Below, piece by piece: positions 15,109 through 27,839 of a stretch of 64,000 nucleotides of DNA. Made by a program: the position numbers and the translations under genes. The stretch covers positions 106,392,001 through 106,456,000 of the forward strand of contig OX597817.1 in assembly GCA_951406725.2 (NCBI GenBank), given 5' to 3'. The DNA is from Octopus vulgaris (taxonomy: Eukaryota). Under the pieces are notes generated by a model. That model saw only the letters and a program-made list of their open reading frames with translations. It made no database searches and was not told the origin of the DNA. Numbering within the stretch: position 1 is the first letter of the stretch; each line of letters starts with the position of its first letter.

Positions 15109-15380
15109 TTGTAGTAGTTACCAAATAGACTGCCTACTTTCTTAACAACAACATCAGTAAATATCAAACATAACCAGTAATCAAGTTCAACAACATCAAC
15201 AAAACCAGTAGAGTAGCTTGGGTTGGGGTAGAGGGAGCAGTCTGCCCCGAGCGATGCTTTTATAAGGGGACCGCTTTTGGGTCCGGTGTATAAGCTTATA
15301 TAGGCTGTTTGCGGAGTGAATCGGCAAATTCTAGAGCTTCTCCGGGTGTCACACACACAAGTTACGCCTCATACCATAAC
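15109..15380 (-). mobile_element. Possible solo LTR
   Basis: TG...CA termini, TATA-like cttataaaag on minus strand; no target-site duplication confirmed. Confidence 0.25.
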
Positions 15381-16128
15381 ACAGAAGATAAAATCACGAT
15401 GAGTTATGCACAGCAGGTTACTATCCTGTGATTAGCTAAAATAATACAAGTGACAAATGAAACTAAAACGTCGTCTGTATAAGGTCGCTACAAATCGAGC
15501 AATAAAGGGCGAGTCAATTTAACTGATATCAGTAGTTAACCGGTGTTTCATTGACCTTGGATGGATGAAAAACAAAATTGACCTTTGCAAAATTTCTTCT
15601 AAGAACTAAAAGGCATATAAATAAATACCGTAATGCATTTTTGGCGTCGTTCAATCGATTGTGTTAATATGCCGCTCTAACAACTCTTGTAATAAGAGCT
15701 ATTAAAAGCCAGATACAAAAACACTCTAAACAGAATCTATTTAACTTTGAATGTTTTCTTTAATGAGCAAGCTGTACGTTGGTATTATGTTTCGTTTCTT
15801 TCAGTAATATATTTATCTTAAACCACTGGTTAGTGACTCAGCAGATAACCCTACTCGAAGGTGATGCTTATCTGCTTCTATTATATATCAAATAAGATTC
15901 TGCATAAACCAATAGGAATGAAAAGAAAGAAAGGAGTCAAAGTTAAGTGAGTAGTTGGGTTTAAAAGTTGTAGTTTGACACACAAAAGTGTATATGTGTG
16001 TGTGCATGTGTGAGTGTGCACACATCTGCGTTTGTGTTGTTATTGCTGTTGGTCGTTCACGCACACTAACTAAAATTATATCACTCATACACATCTATGT
16101 AAATTACTAATTATCAATACGTATGTTA

Positions 16129-16196
<68 letters not shown>

Positions 16197-16237
16197 TGTG
16201 TACATGTAGATAGATAGTGAAATATTTATCTATGTCT

Positions 16238-16625
16238 GTGTAGCGGACCCTTAGTGAAATCCTCTCTCTCTGACATATATAACACAAATACGGACGTAGC
16301 AGATAACATTTAATCTTCGGATACTTAGGCCCAGTTGCGTCCACTACTCTGATTGGTTGGTTTTGGTGCAGTTTGACTCTTGCTTTATTTCGCGACAATG
16401 TGTAAACCAACCAATCGCAACCTTCGGATAAGGTCCCGTGACACAGTCTTCTAAATGCTTTGTTTGAGTCACCTAAACCCTTTAAAAGTTAGTCACGACA
16501 AACGGTTACTTGTCTTTGGTTCTAGTCCTTCTTAGGACTAACCTCTGACCACAAAGCTACTCAGCCATGTTCCAGCGACACACAGCCAGTTCCAGTGACA
16601 CAACCAGTTCCAGCGACAGACAACA
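16238..16625. mobile_element. Possible solo LTR abutting and truncating the Tc1 ORF
   Basis: tgtagcgg...caaca termini; three ~18-bp tandem repeats (gttccagcgaca...) near the right end. Confidence 0.35.
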
Positions 16626-17330
16626 TTAACAGCATTTCGGGACCTTCTCCTCCATGTTTAACAGGAAGAAGGCAGTCTAGGTTAGATCCTTTTTTTGGCT
16701 GTCTCCACATGTATACTTGGCCGATGGTTGGAAATAAGGTAATGGATGACACCGAGAAAATAACATTCTTCCGCTGCTCTAGGGGCCAATTCTGTAGGTT
16801 TTTACTCCACTCTAAACGCTTTGCAACGTTTGTTTTTGGAAGTAGTAGTTTTCTGATTGCAGCCCTCCCGTGAAATCTGGCTTTCTGCAGCTCCAGGGGA
16901 ACAGCTTTTGTGGAAACTGGGTTCTCGAAGTGGTCATTAAGCTCTGCAGTAATTTTGACAGAGGCGCTTTTGTGATCCTTTCTAACAATTCGCGTAAAAG
17001 TTCGACAGTCCCTGTATGAAAGTTTTGGTTTTCTTCCGGAGATTTGTTTCGACGAGGAGGTTTTTCCTTCTTTCTCAAAGGCTGTCAATACTTTCGAGAC
17101 AGTACTTCTTGATACACTAAACATTTCAGTTGTTTTTGTTACGCTAGCGCTTGCCATACGAGCACCAACAATTTGACCTCTCTGAAAGTCCGATAGATCA
17201 GTCATTTTAATGAATTTTAATTACCTTTTTCTGATGTTATCTGAAAAGAAACAGCAATTTTAGCAAAACATATTAAGCAACACTAAGAATAAATGATAAA
17301 AAAACATAAAAATAAAGACGCTTTTGACGG
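16626..17330 (-). mobile_element. Tc1 transposase remnant (paired-like HTH and first catalytic block; C-terminus missing)
   Basis: MTDLSDFQRGQIVGAR...GRKPKLS...RLEWSK...KNVIFS...VKHGG. Confidence 0.9.
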
Positions 17331-17334
17331 TTTG

Positions 17335-17617
17335 TGGGTAGAGGGCGATGTGCTAGCAACCCCCTCGTCTTACAGCTTTACAAAGTAAACAACAACACAA
17401 ATAACTACGCAGAAGCAGCCATGGTTGAAACAAGAACAAGAACAAAAAGCACTCTTAAAAGAGAAAAGAAGCATGATCATTCCTTACCCAAGTGATCTTA
17501 TCTTATCGCCCATCACTTGTTATGCGCTCATAAATTAGCTTGATAGTTGAGCTCTGATTTTCTGTATGCAAATGAGTTCATAACTAGGGTCCGGAATTCT
17601 CGTGGGAAAAGAATTCG
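17335..17617 (-). mobile_element. Truncated copy of the TIR element at 44270-44785
   Basis: About 280 bp reverse-complement match including one TIR. Confidence 0.8.
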
Positions 17618-18677
17618 CCAGCGGAACACAGTGTAATAAGACTGGAACTTTAAATTACATATACAATCCATCGGACGGGATTTCGGAAGTTTCTATCTAC
17701 AGTTACCCTCACATGGCTTTAACTGACCCGAGCCCATGCTAAAAGACCCTTGCTCAAGATGCTATGAAATTACATTGAACCTACGATCTCATGATTGGGA
17801 ACCGAACTTCTTAAACATTCGACTATGCGGCTTCCCTATAAATATAATACATACATACATACATGCATACATACATACATACATACATACATACATACAT
17901 ACATACATACATACATACATACATACATACATACATACATACATACATACATACATACATACATACATACATACATACATACATACATACATACATACAG
18001 ATCCAATCCATCACTGGAACTGTATAAGTCTGTAAAACTTTCCAGAAGTTTATCATTTAAATATACATGAGCATGTCTAGATATGCAACTATATGCGTGA
18101 GAATACATACAGAAAGCATAAAAATCTGTACATATACATACATACAAACAAAAATATTCTGTTGTTGATGGTGAAATTCCAATGAAGGAGCCTTGAATCT
18201 AGGTTAGAAACCTGCTCTTTCTCTATTGGCAAGAAATCTTGAAATAAAACTGAACAATGACAAACATAAATACGCAAACATATGTTTGTAACATGTTTCA
18301 ACTTCTAAAGGCAAATTCACCGCAGTTATATATACATACACACACTTACATATAAATATAATACATACATGAAAGCTCGAAACAGGTAGTAATAAACAGA
18401 CGACAACTGGGGAGGAGTTTGACTGCCTTTGGTATTCTGTCCTGTACTTATCTGTGTGTTTACGTATTTTTCACTCGTTGGTGATATCCAGTACTTAATG
18501 CTTAATATTTTTTTTTTTTGTATTTGTCCTGTATTTATCTATCGTGTGCTTACGTATTTTTCACTCACTGGTTAAGTCCTGTACTTAATGTGTATTTTTA
18601 ATTATTTCATAGAAACACACAGACATACATATACACACATACAAACATATGCATATATACACATACATATTCACACA

Positions 18678-18821
<144 letters not shown>

Positions 18822-19179
18822 CACAGTGGCTAACGATTTTCAAAGGATATGATTTGCAATTAAGCGAACAATTACTCAACACTGTTAGGCAGAGTGGAAT
18901 GCCGTTTCTGAATGTATGAGCCAAGGATGTCACCAAGTACATCAGAAACGAGTAGATAACGCATACTGCTGTTAGTTTCGACTAACCTACGTATCACAGA
19001 GAAATTAGCTACGTTGCTCTACTTTTGGTAAGTTTAGAACGTTAAAATCTTGTACTGATCTTGTTCTGCATGCGCAGACCTAAATGTCTTTTGAAAAAGA
19101 TCAAAACTATATGACACAGATAAACACTAAATTTCTCAATAGCAATTACAACCATGGTTGTTGATATCATTATTACCAC

Positions 19180-20465
19180 AACACCAAGCAGATGTATGTA
19201 GAACTGTTTTTGGAGCGAGTGACGAATCGGAGATAGTAAAGGACTCAACTACTTACCTCGATGGTCTGTTACAACTTTCCACAGAAAACGTGAGATTCTG
19301 CAAAAGGCCGATAACAGGCACTGAATTACAAAAGGTGATAAATGGTTGCATAAGGCGCAAATTTCCACGTTTGTAAAGTCCTTAGGAATTTTATGGTTCA
19401 TTCCAGACTTATCTGGAGACATCTTGCCAAATATCTACTGCAACTGATAATTGAAGAATTCCCTGTCTTGTGATCCAGGGACAGGTAACGCTGATGATTA
19501 AAGTTGCTGACAAGAGGGTAGTATTAGACAACATTCGGCCAATAATATAACTCTGTTGAACGCAGAGTTTAAGACTGGCCAAGAAGTTAGCAAAAAGAGT
19601 GGAGCTTTGTCGTCGGTTGTTTGGCTTCAGAAGTGCATATATGCGCAATCCCGAAGAGGTCCACCCACAACATCCCATTCTAATGCAATATACCATAAAG
19701 TGGGTTGGGAATCAAGCTATTTTCGTTGGTAATATCGATCATCGTTACCTGGCAACTGTGCTGGAAGTGGCTAGTTTCAGGCTCTTGCTCACAAGTTGGA
19801 TTGCTGTAGTGAACAATAGCATCTGCTCGGGAAACAACCACCTCTTTGATCCGTTTCGCATGGCATGCTCGGTTCGTAAGGCATATCCCCTTTCACCTTT
19901 TTTGTTTGTGCTTGTCTCTCGAGCTACAAAGCTCGAGTTGTTGAGGGACATCCCTTTCGATCGAACTGGAACGAAGGACGGCTATGGCGGCAAAGGCAGA
20001 CAAAATCAGTCATGATGTCTTATGCTACCCGAAATGGTCGGTGCTGCTCTGAAATACGATTTTTGCAGGGACAAACATCAATCCAGGAAAGTCGGTGGGC
20101 TTGCAACTCGGTAACCGGAGAGGTATATCGTTGTCGTTGGACGGTATGATGGGGCATTGGACCAGTTAAAATGCTTGAGATCTGGTTCGGTTTTGATTTC
20201 CAGTTCACTTGGATGCTGGGACCGAACGACAATTAGAAAAATTACTTACATTGGTGTCTAGGAAGATTTGGGATTGTGAGGTTCTTTGATTGGCCCTAGA
20301 CCTCCTCTTGTATAAAGTATATTGCATCATCCTTACCACATTTTTTTAATGCTTTGTTAACATGCATACATAAATTTTTTGATACATTTTGTTATCATTC
20401 GATTTTATGTATGTCCTTTTATCGTCCTGCTCATCCGTCATCCGGTGGCAAATAAAAACTTCAGT
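19180..20465 (+). mobile_element. Heavily decayed Tx1/L1-clade LINE ORF2 (RT) with internal deletions
   Basis: LDNIRPI, NAEFK, IDHRYLATVLEV, SVRKAYPLSPFLFVL; similar to 52215-53730. Confidence 0.75.
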
Positions 20466-20488
20466 ATTGTTGTTGTTATTGTTGTTGT

Positions 20489-20965
20489 TGAGTGAGAGAG
20501 CAGTGCATGCCAAGTGACACTGGGGTAATATGTACGAAGCCCAGTATACCCATCATGACAACCCGTCTGATAAGGGCACACCAGGCACATACATCACAAC
20601 CATATGTGCTGACATGGTGATCTCATATCAAGATAAACAGTGCATGATCCTGCAGTTCTGACCGGGGCCCAGTCAGAACTTCAGGTCGAGTAGTTCATCC
20701 CACTCAAAAGGTCCCTGAATAAGGTTTGTTTAAGGATGATGAACAAAACACCCATGTTTCCAGAGGTGAATTATTGAAACCCCAAAGAATCCTTCCCAAC
20801 ACATGGCTATGATACTCTCCCACTACTTCTACTTGTGATCAGAGATGCACATATCGTCAGCCACCAAAGTAAATGCTCAACTGGTTATGGTCAAACAGCT
20901 GACAAGTAAATCTGTGATATTGAGCAGAATATTTGCTGTAGCCCATCTTTTATACCAAGACAAAA
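20489..20965 (-). mobile_element. 5'-truncated copy of the ~555-bp AAT/AAC-tailed retroposon
   Basis: Matches copies at 53856-55529. Confidence 0.85.
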
Positions 20966-21589
20966 ATGTTGTTCTCAAATTTCGCCGAGGTCGATTTTAC
21001 CTTTCATCCTTTCGAGGTCGATAAAATAAGTATGGAGATCGACATAATCGACTTGTCCTCTCTCACAAAACTGCTGGCCTTGTGCCAAAATTTGAAATCA
21101 TTATTGCTGTTGTTATTACTTTAGAATCATTATTTCTATTATTACTACTGTCTCAAGTATCAGTATCATCACATCCTGATTATTAGTAATATAAACTCTA
21201 ATAGACTACCAACAAGATAACATATAATTACCGAGCAATTGTCTAACAAATTGTTGAATAATTAAGAGGGGATGTTTTTCTACAAAATTCTTCGCATATT
21301 GTCAACCATCCCTAATTATTTCTCAAGTAATCGTCAACAAATTTTTCTGCACATTTCATTGAATTTTCTCATACCTCTAATTTGCACAGATCTCTTGCAT
21401 ATCCATTGCATATATATGTGACCACACAATATAAGTTTTTAAAAATGCATTATATAAAAAAAAGTGATTGAATCGCACTGCTAACACAGTTAGGACACAG
21501 TATTGTCTTATAAGCCTTTGATATTCTTGGTAGTAAAGTACGCTTACAAAACGAAATACGGTGTCCCTACTAGTAATTAATATGCACAA

Positions 21590-21975
21590 ATATGTGACTG
21601 TGTGGTAAGAAGCTGACTTCCCAGCCACAAGGTTCAGGGTTGAGTCCCACTGTGTGGAACCTTGGGCAAGTGTCTTCTACTATAGCCTCGGGCGACCAAA
21701 GCCTTGTGAATGGATTTGGTAGACGGAAACTGAAGAAGCCAATCATATATATATGTGTGTGAGTCTTTTTGTCTGTATTTGTCCCCCATCACCGCTTGAC
21801 AACTGATGCTGGTGTGTTTACGTACCCGTAACTTAGCGGTTCGAAAAAAAGAGACCAATAGAATAAATACTGGGCTTAAAACATAAGTCCTGGGGTCGAC
21901 TTGTTCAACTAAAAACTCTTGAAGGCAGTACTCCAGCATGGCCGCAGTCAAAATGAATCAAACAGGTAAAAGAAT
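21590..21975 (+). mobile_element. SINE family 1 copy
   Basis: Similarity to other copies. Confidence 0.85.
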
Positions 21976-21984
21976 ACATATTTT

Positions 21985-22778
21985 TTTCTACTCTAGGCAC
22001 AAGGCCCAAATTTTGTGGGGATGGGGCCACTCGATTAGATCGACCCCAGTGCGCAACTGGTACTTAATTTATCGACTCCGAAAGGATGAAAGGCAAAGTC
22101 GACCTCAGCGGAATATGAACCCAGAACGTAGCGACGGGCGAAATACCGATTTCTTTACTACCCACAAGGGGCTAAACACAGAGTGGACAAACAAGGACAA
22201 ACGGATTAAGTCGATTATATCGATCCCAGTGCGTAACTGGTACTTAATTTATCGACCCCGAAAGGATGAAAGGCAAAGTTGACCTCGGCGGAAATTGAAC
22301 TCAGAACGTAACGGCAGACGAAATACGGCTAAGCATTTCACCCTGCGTGCTTAACGTTTCTTACTTCTTTATTGTCAACCAGGGGCTAAACATAGAGGAG
22401 ACAAACAAGGACAGGCAAAAGTATTAAGTCGATTACATCGACCCCAGTGCGTAACTGGTACTTAATTTATCGACCCCGAAAGGATGAAAAGCAAAGTTGA
22501 CCTCAGCGGAATTTGAACACAGAACGTAACGGCAGACGAAATACCTATTTCTTTACTACCCACAAGGGGCTAAACACAGAGTGGACAAACAAGGACAGAC
22601 AAACGGATTAAGTCGATTACATCGACCCCAGTGCGTAACTGGTACTTATTTAATCGACCCCAAAAGGATGAAAGGCAAGGTCGACCTCAGCGGAATTTGA
22701 ACTCGGAACGTAGCGGCAGACGAAATACCGCGAAGCACTTCGCCCGGCGTGCTAACGTCTCTGCCAGCTCGCCGCCTT
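21985..22778 (-). mobile_element. SINE family 2 multimer (four body units)
   Basis: Unit tcgaccccagtgcgtaactggtact...gacgaaatac at ~22039, 22218, 22436 and 22620. Confidence 0.88.
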
Positions 22779-22818
22779 AAAGATTGCATATATTACATGC
22801 CTACATATATACAAATCT

Positions 22819-22886
<68 letters not shown>

Positions 22887-22896
22887 TGTGTGTGTG

Positions 22897-24145
22897 TATC
22901 AGGTGCAGTAAAAAGTAAGCAACATTTTGAACCATGAAGAATTTGTACCGGATTTTTTCAGAGTTCTGAATGTTTTTAAACCTCTTTTTGCAATTATCTG
23001 ATAATACAGACATAGACTTGCCCAAATGCATTCAGTGAATTAGCATTGATATTTCTTTCACCGTTTTTACTATCATCTGGAATTGAACTATCAAAGCGCG
23101 ATATTCGGGCAATTTTGTTGTTCAACTTCAGAAAAGGACGTAAAGCAGCTGAAACTGCTCGCAATATCAACGAAACGTTTGGTGAGGAAATTACCAGCGA
23201 GTGGTCAGCTTGAAAATGGCTTAAACGATTTTGCAGTGGAGACTTGAGCCTTGAGCGTAGTGGACGCCCATCTGTCAAAGAAGGCAGTCAATTAAAGACC
23301 GTTATTGAGAAAGATCCACATAAAACCTCACGAGAACTGACAAAAGAACTTCAAGTTAACCAGAAAACTACCTGCAACCATTTGCATGCGATCGGAAAAT
23401 TAAAACAAAAATCGACAAATGGGTAGCACATGATTTAAATGAAAATCAGAAAATACGCAGATATGAAATTTGCTCGTCGCTTCTTCTCCGTAACCAGGCC
23501 GATCCATTTCTCGACCGTATTGTAACTTTCGAGGAAGAGACGATTCTGTACAATAATAAAAAACGTTCTTCGCAGTGGTTGCACCAAAATGAAGCACCGA
23601 AAACATTCCCTAAACCCGAGCTCTTGAAAAAGAAGTTTATGGTGACTGTTTGGTGGTGTACTGCTGGACTCATCCACTATAACTTCTTAAAACCCGGAAA
23701 AACTATTGCTTCAGAAAAATATATTGCCATAAAATTGCCAAAATGAACGAAAAACTGCTACTCCTCCGCCCCAGACTGGTCAACAGAAGAGGGCCAATCA
23801 GTCTTCATGACAGTGCTTGATCACACGTTTCACTAACGACGCTCTGAAGTTGAGGGAACTTGGCTACGAAGTTCTTCCCCACCCAGCTAAATCCCCAGAC
23901 CTTTCTCCTTCTGACTACCACTTTTTCCTGCGGGAGAAAGAGTTCAAGAATCAAACCGATGCTGAAGAGTTCGTCAGCTCCAGAACTCCAGATTTTTATG
24001 TTACCAGAATAAACAAATTTGTAACTCGTTGGCAAAAATGTGTTAATTGTAATGGTAATTACTTTGATGAATAAAATTTCTGCATTGTTGAAATATGTTG
24101 TGATGAATTTCATATTTCAAAACGTTACTTACTTTTTACTCAGCC

Positions 24146-24150
<5 letters not shown>
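22897..24150 (+). mobile_element. Full-length but inactivated mariner transposon (~1.25 kb)
   Basis: TA-flanked TIRs (tatcaggtgcagtaaaaagtaag / cttactttttactcagccagata); WVAHDLNENQK, LHDSA, HPAKSPDLSPSDYHFF motifs with stops and frameshifts. Confidence 0.93.
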
Positions 24151-24212
<62 letters not shown>

Positions 24213-24336
24213 ATATATACATATATTGATATTGATATAAATGGTAAGACAGCAAAAGAATGAAAGAGACCTCGATGTTATGTAAATAGAGGAATTTATC
24301 TGTAAATATAATATGTGACAATTATTTGGTAGCCAT

Positions 24337-24397
24337 GATAAAACTCCAAGTTTCGGATGCCGAGGTGGAAATCTACGCCGCCATATCTTCTGTTATC
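24337..24397 (-). ncRNA. Type I hammerhead ribozyme motif, family A (core variant CAGAAGA)
   Basis: GATAA-CAGAAGA-stem II-GAAAC-ttgga-GTT-TTATC. Confidence 0.55.
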
Positions 24398-24499
24398 CGA
24401 CTATCAGTGAAAATGCTATGAAAACATTTTTCCTTAGCATTTTCTCCGATGGCCGGATAACTAAAGAGATGGCGGTGTGAGCATTTTCTCCGATGGTCG

Positions 24500-24560
24500 G
24501 ATAACTGAAGAGATAGCGGCGTGGATTTCCACCTCGGCATCCAAAACTCGGAGTTTTGTC
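24500..24560 (+). ncRNA. Type I hammerhead ribozyme motif, family A (GAAA mutated to AAAA)
   Basis: GATAA-CTGAAGA-stem II-AAAAC-tcgga-GTT-TTGTC. Confidence 0.55.
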
Positions 24561-24595
24561 ATGGCTACTGAATAATTGTCACATATTACATTTAC

Positions 24596-24677
<82 letters not shown>

Positions 24678-24694
24678 GACCTTTATATAAATAA

Positions 24695-24840
24695 ATAACG
24701 TGAAATACACGAAGGGACGAACAAAAAGACAAACGGGTCATTCAAAGCCTTCATTCTTCAGTCAGAAACTGATCCCTCATCGCAGATTTCGGCTGTTTAA
24801 TTCTGAGATCCGCTCTGAATCAGCCAGCCACAGAAGGAAA
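24695..24840 (-). mobile_element. Diverged relative of the palindromic element at 58772-59157
   Basis: Shared gccttca.tcttcagtca...atttcggctg. Confidence 0.55.
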
Positions 24841-24957
24841 GAATGAAACGCAACAGAGACGAACATGAAACGAAAAATCTTTTTTGGGGACAGTAACGGT
24901 TAAAAACATGGATGACATAGGCGCCCTACGGCTTTGAGACAAACAGAGAGACACAAC

Positions 24958-25018
24958 TTTATTTAAAAGCAGCAGAAATTCAACAAAACCTGTTGAATTT
25001 CTGCTGTTTTAAATAAAG
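24958..25018. repeat. ~28-bp-arm hairpin
   Basis: ctttatttaaaagcagcagaaattcaaca-aaacc-tgttgaatttctgctgttttaaataaag. Confidence 0.85.
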
Positions 25019-25086
25019 CATATTACTCTATCCCTGGTATTTGAGTACTTTTTTTCCACCTTGTTTTACATTTATGTGTTTACTCC

Positions 25087-25158
<72 letters not shown>

Positions 25159-25180
25159 ATGTTACATTACTCGGTAGTCA

Positions 25181-25243
25181 AGATAAAACTCTGAGTTTCA
25201 GATGCCGAAGTGGAAATCCACAACACCATCTCTTCGGTTATCT
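25181..25243 (-). ncRNA. Type I hammerhead ribozyme motif, family A (CCGAAGA core)
   Basis: Reverse complement of 26942-27004. Confidence 0.62.
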
Positions 25244-25437
25244 GGCTATTTGAAAACGTTATGAAAAAATACCGTTAAAAATGAAGGGAAATTACTCTGT
25301 TATAACTCTGCTTTGCCTGCGTACTTATACATCGCTCGCATTTTTCGTCATAAAAATTATATAAAAATACATAAAAATATATAAAAATATATAAAAATAT
25401 ATAAAATCTTCTTGGGACATAACACAGAAAGCATGTT

Positions 25438-26096
25438 CTATCCGTTTTCTTTAGGGGACCAAAAACGTAACAGAAATTTAGTCACATGTGGGCATGATCC
25501 GAAAAGCTCTGTCCTTGTATTTAGACATGTGGTAGGGTCTAAGCTGCTTTTCCAGATAAGCCATCTCTCCATGTCGCATAAACCGCACCTTCCGCTGCCG
25601 TTAGTGTAGGGCTTACATCTGGCCAAAATCTTCCATTGTATGTTATAATCGACACCTTTATCTCTTAAAGACCAAATATGATTGGATAATTGTGTCGCTT
25701 TTCTTTTGTTCCAGTGCCTAAAGCTCAAAGTGTGGTTATTGAACCTGGCCTTGAAATTACCCTCTGTCAGGCCCACGTATTTCTTCGTCGAAACGGTGTC
25801 TTTAGTGGTTATAGAGTTTACGGTAGCTTCATATATGAAGGTCTTGGACATGCAAGCTCCATTTAGCGGGCACAATTCTTTATTCCTGCATGAACAGCTG
25901 TTTTCTTCTTGTGTTTTTTGTATGTTATGATTGATTATGTTTTTAAAATTGGTAGTTGAACTAAAACTAATTTTTAAATTGTGTCTATTGAAGAGTTTCC
26001 TATAAGCATGGTTAACTGGAAAATGTCTATCTATCAGTGCTAGGAAATATTTACCTATATTGAAGGCCACCTCGGGTGAGTAAGGGGGCGTAAACC
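25438..26096 (-). CDS. PLE C-terminal region: RT thumb/linker, Cys-rich finger and GIY-YIG endonuclease (5'-truncated, frame intact)
   Basis: FTPPYS..AFNIGKYFLALIDRHFP, CSCRNKELCPLNGAC, FIYEAT...YVGLTE.NFKARFNNH, LSNHIW, CGLCDMER, LNTRTE...CPH. Confidence 0.88.
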
Positions 26097-26760
26097 TTAC
26101 GCCCCCTTACTCACCCGAGTGGCCTTCAATATAGGTAAATATTTCTAGCACTGATAGATAGACATTTTCCAGTTAACCATGCTTATAGGAAACTCTTCAA
26201 TAGACACAATTTAAAAATTAGTTTTAGTTCAACTACCAATTTTAAAAACATAATCAATCATAACATACAAAAAACACAAGAAGAAAACAGCTGTTCATGC
26301 AGGAATAAAGAATTGTGCCCCTAAATGGAGCTTGCATGTCCAAGACCATCATATATGAAGCTACCGTAAACTCTATAACCACTAAAGACACCGTTTCGAC
26401 GAAGAAATACGTGGGCCTGACAGAGGGTAATTTCAAGGCCAGGTTCAATAACCACACTTTGAGCTTTAGGCACTGGAACAAAAGAAAAGCGACACAATTA
26501 TCCAATCATATTTGGTCTTTAAGAGATAAAGGTGTCGATTATAACATACAATGGAAGATTTTGGCCAGATGTAAGCCCTACACTAACGGCAGCGGAAGGT
26601 GCGGTTTATGCGACATGGAGAGATGGCTTATCTGGAAAAGCAGCTTAGACCCTACCACATGTCTAAATACAAGGACAGAGCTTTTCGGATCATGCCCACA
26701 TGTGACTAAATTTCTGTTACGTTTTGGTCCCCTAAAGAAAACGGATAGAACATGCTTTTG
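26097..26760 (+). pseudogene. Inverted copy of the PLE GIY-YIG region with several 1-nt deletions
   Basis: Same peptide in ORF 26315-26860; frameshifts relative to the left arm. Confidence 0.85.
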
Positions 26761-26941
26761 TGTTATGTCCCAAGAAGATTTTATATATTTTTATATATTT
26801 TTATATATTTTTATGTATTTTTATATAATTTTTATGACGAAAAATGCGAGCGATGTATAAGTACGCAGGCAAAGCAGAGTTATAACAGAGTAATTTCCCT
26901 TCATTTTTAACGGTATTTTTTCATAACGTTTTCAAATAGCC

Positions 26942-27004
26942 AGATAACCGAAGAGATGGTGTTGTGGATTTCCACTTCGGCATCTGAAACTCAGAGTTTT
27001 ATCT
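26942..27004 (+). ncRNA. Type I hammerhead ribozyme motif, family A (CCGAAGA core)
   Basis: AGATAA-CCGAAGA-GATG..GTGGA/TCCAC..CATCT-GAAAC-tcaga-GTT-TTATCT; 6-bp stem I. Confidence 0.62.
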
Positions 27005-27100
27005 TGACTACCGAGTAATGTAACATATTGTATAGATAAATTTCCTCTATTTACATAATATTGAGGTCTCTTTCTTTCTTTTGTTATCTTACCGTTTTAT

Positions 27101-27141
<41 letters not shown>

Positions 27142-27433
27142 CATATACATACATAAATGTAGAACGATGGAATGAGTGCTCAACACCGCATTGGTGGATC
27201 ACACAAATAAGGAATACACACGCACACACACACATACATACATACACACACACTCATACATACACTCTTGCACACACACATATATATGGAATCGATCTAT
27301 CATAAATGATGGACTGTATTATTTCATATACACTTTCTCAACAATAGGCTTCGAAAACCCTAATTTCGTTTGGGCAAACACTATAACATTACTACTGTTA
27401 TTATTTTTAATATTGTATACGTGCTTATATATA

Positions 27434-27469
<36 letters not shown>

Positions 27470-27803
27470 AGCGTTCATACACAAACAGGATTGGGGATTA
27501 AGTTAAATAGCTCACTTGGAATTGAGATAAGTATCTATTTCTGTTCATACATTTATATAAAATATATTTATAACGTACACGTACATATATGTAAATACAC
27601 ATATATGTGCGTGCTCGCGCGTGTATGTGTATATGAGTATGTGAGTGCGTACATTTACATCTCTGCCCTTTTCCTCATTTGTTTTTACTGTACATATATA
27701 TATACACACACGCATGCACACAACAAACACACACGCATGTACACACACACATGACAGCAAACATTCACGCGCAAACGCACACATAGTTATGTATGTATGT
27801 ACG

Positions 27804-27839
<36 letters not shown>

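Larger units (their letters stand above)
24235..24600. mobile_element. Non-coding fold-back PLE derivative: two inverted pLTRs of the same family as 25151-27105, with an internal ~44-bp duplication
   Basis: 24297-24410 is the reverse complement of 24490-24600; both match 26935-27100; flanked by (TA)n. Confidence 0.8.
25151..27105. mobile_element. Penelope-like element (Naiad-like), 5'-truncated and inverted: ~940-bp arms around a 3-nt spacer (26094-26096)
   Basis: Arms near-identical; each has a GIY-YIG ORF plus pLTR with hammerhead; both ends in (TA)n. Confidence 0.92.

Noticed and set aside
21985-22778. CRISPR-like repeat array
   Set aside because: Intervening segments are homologous to each other; these are SINE units in eukaryotic DNA with no cas genes
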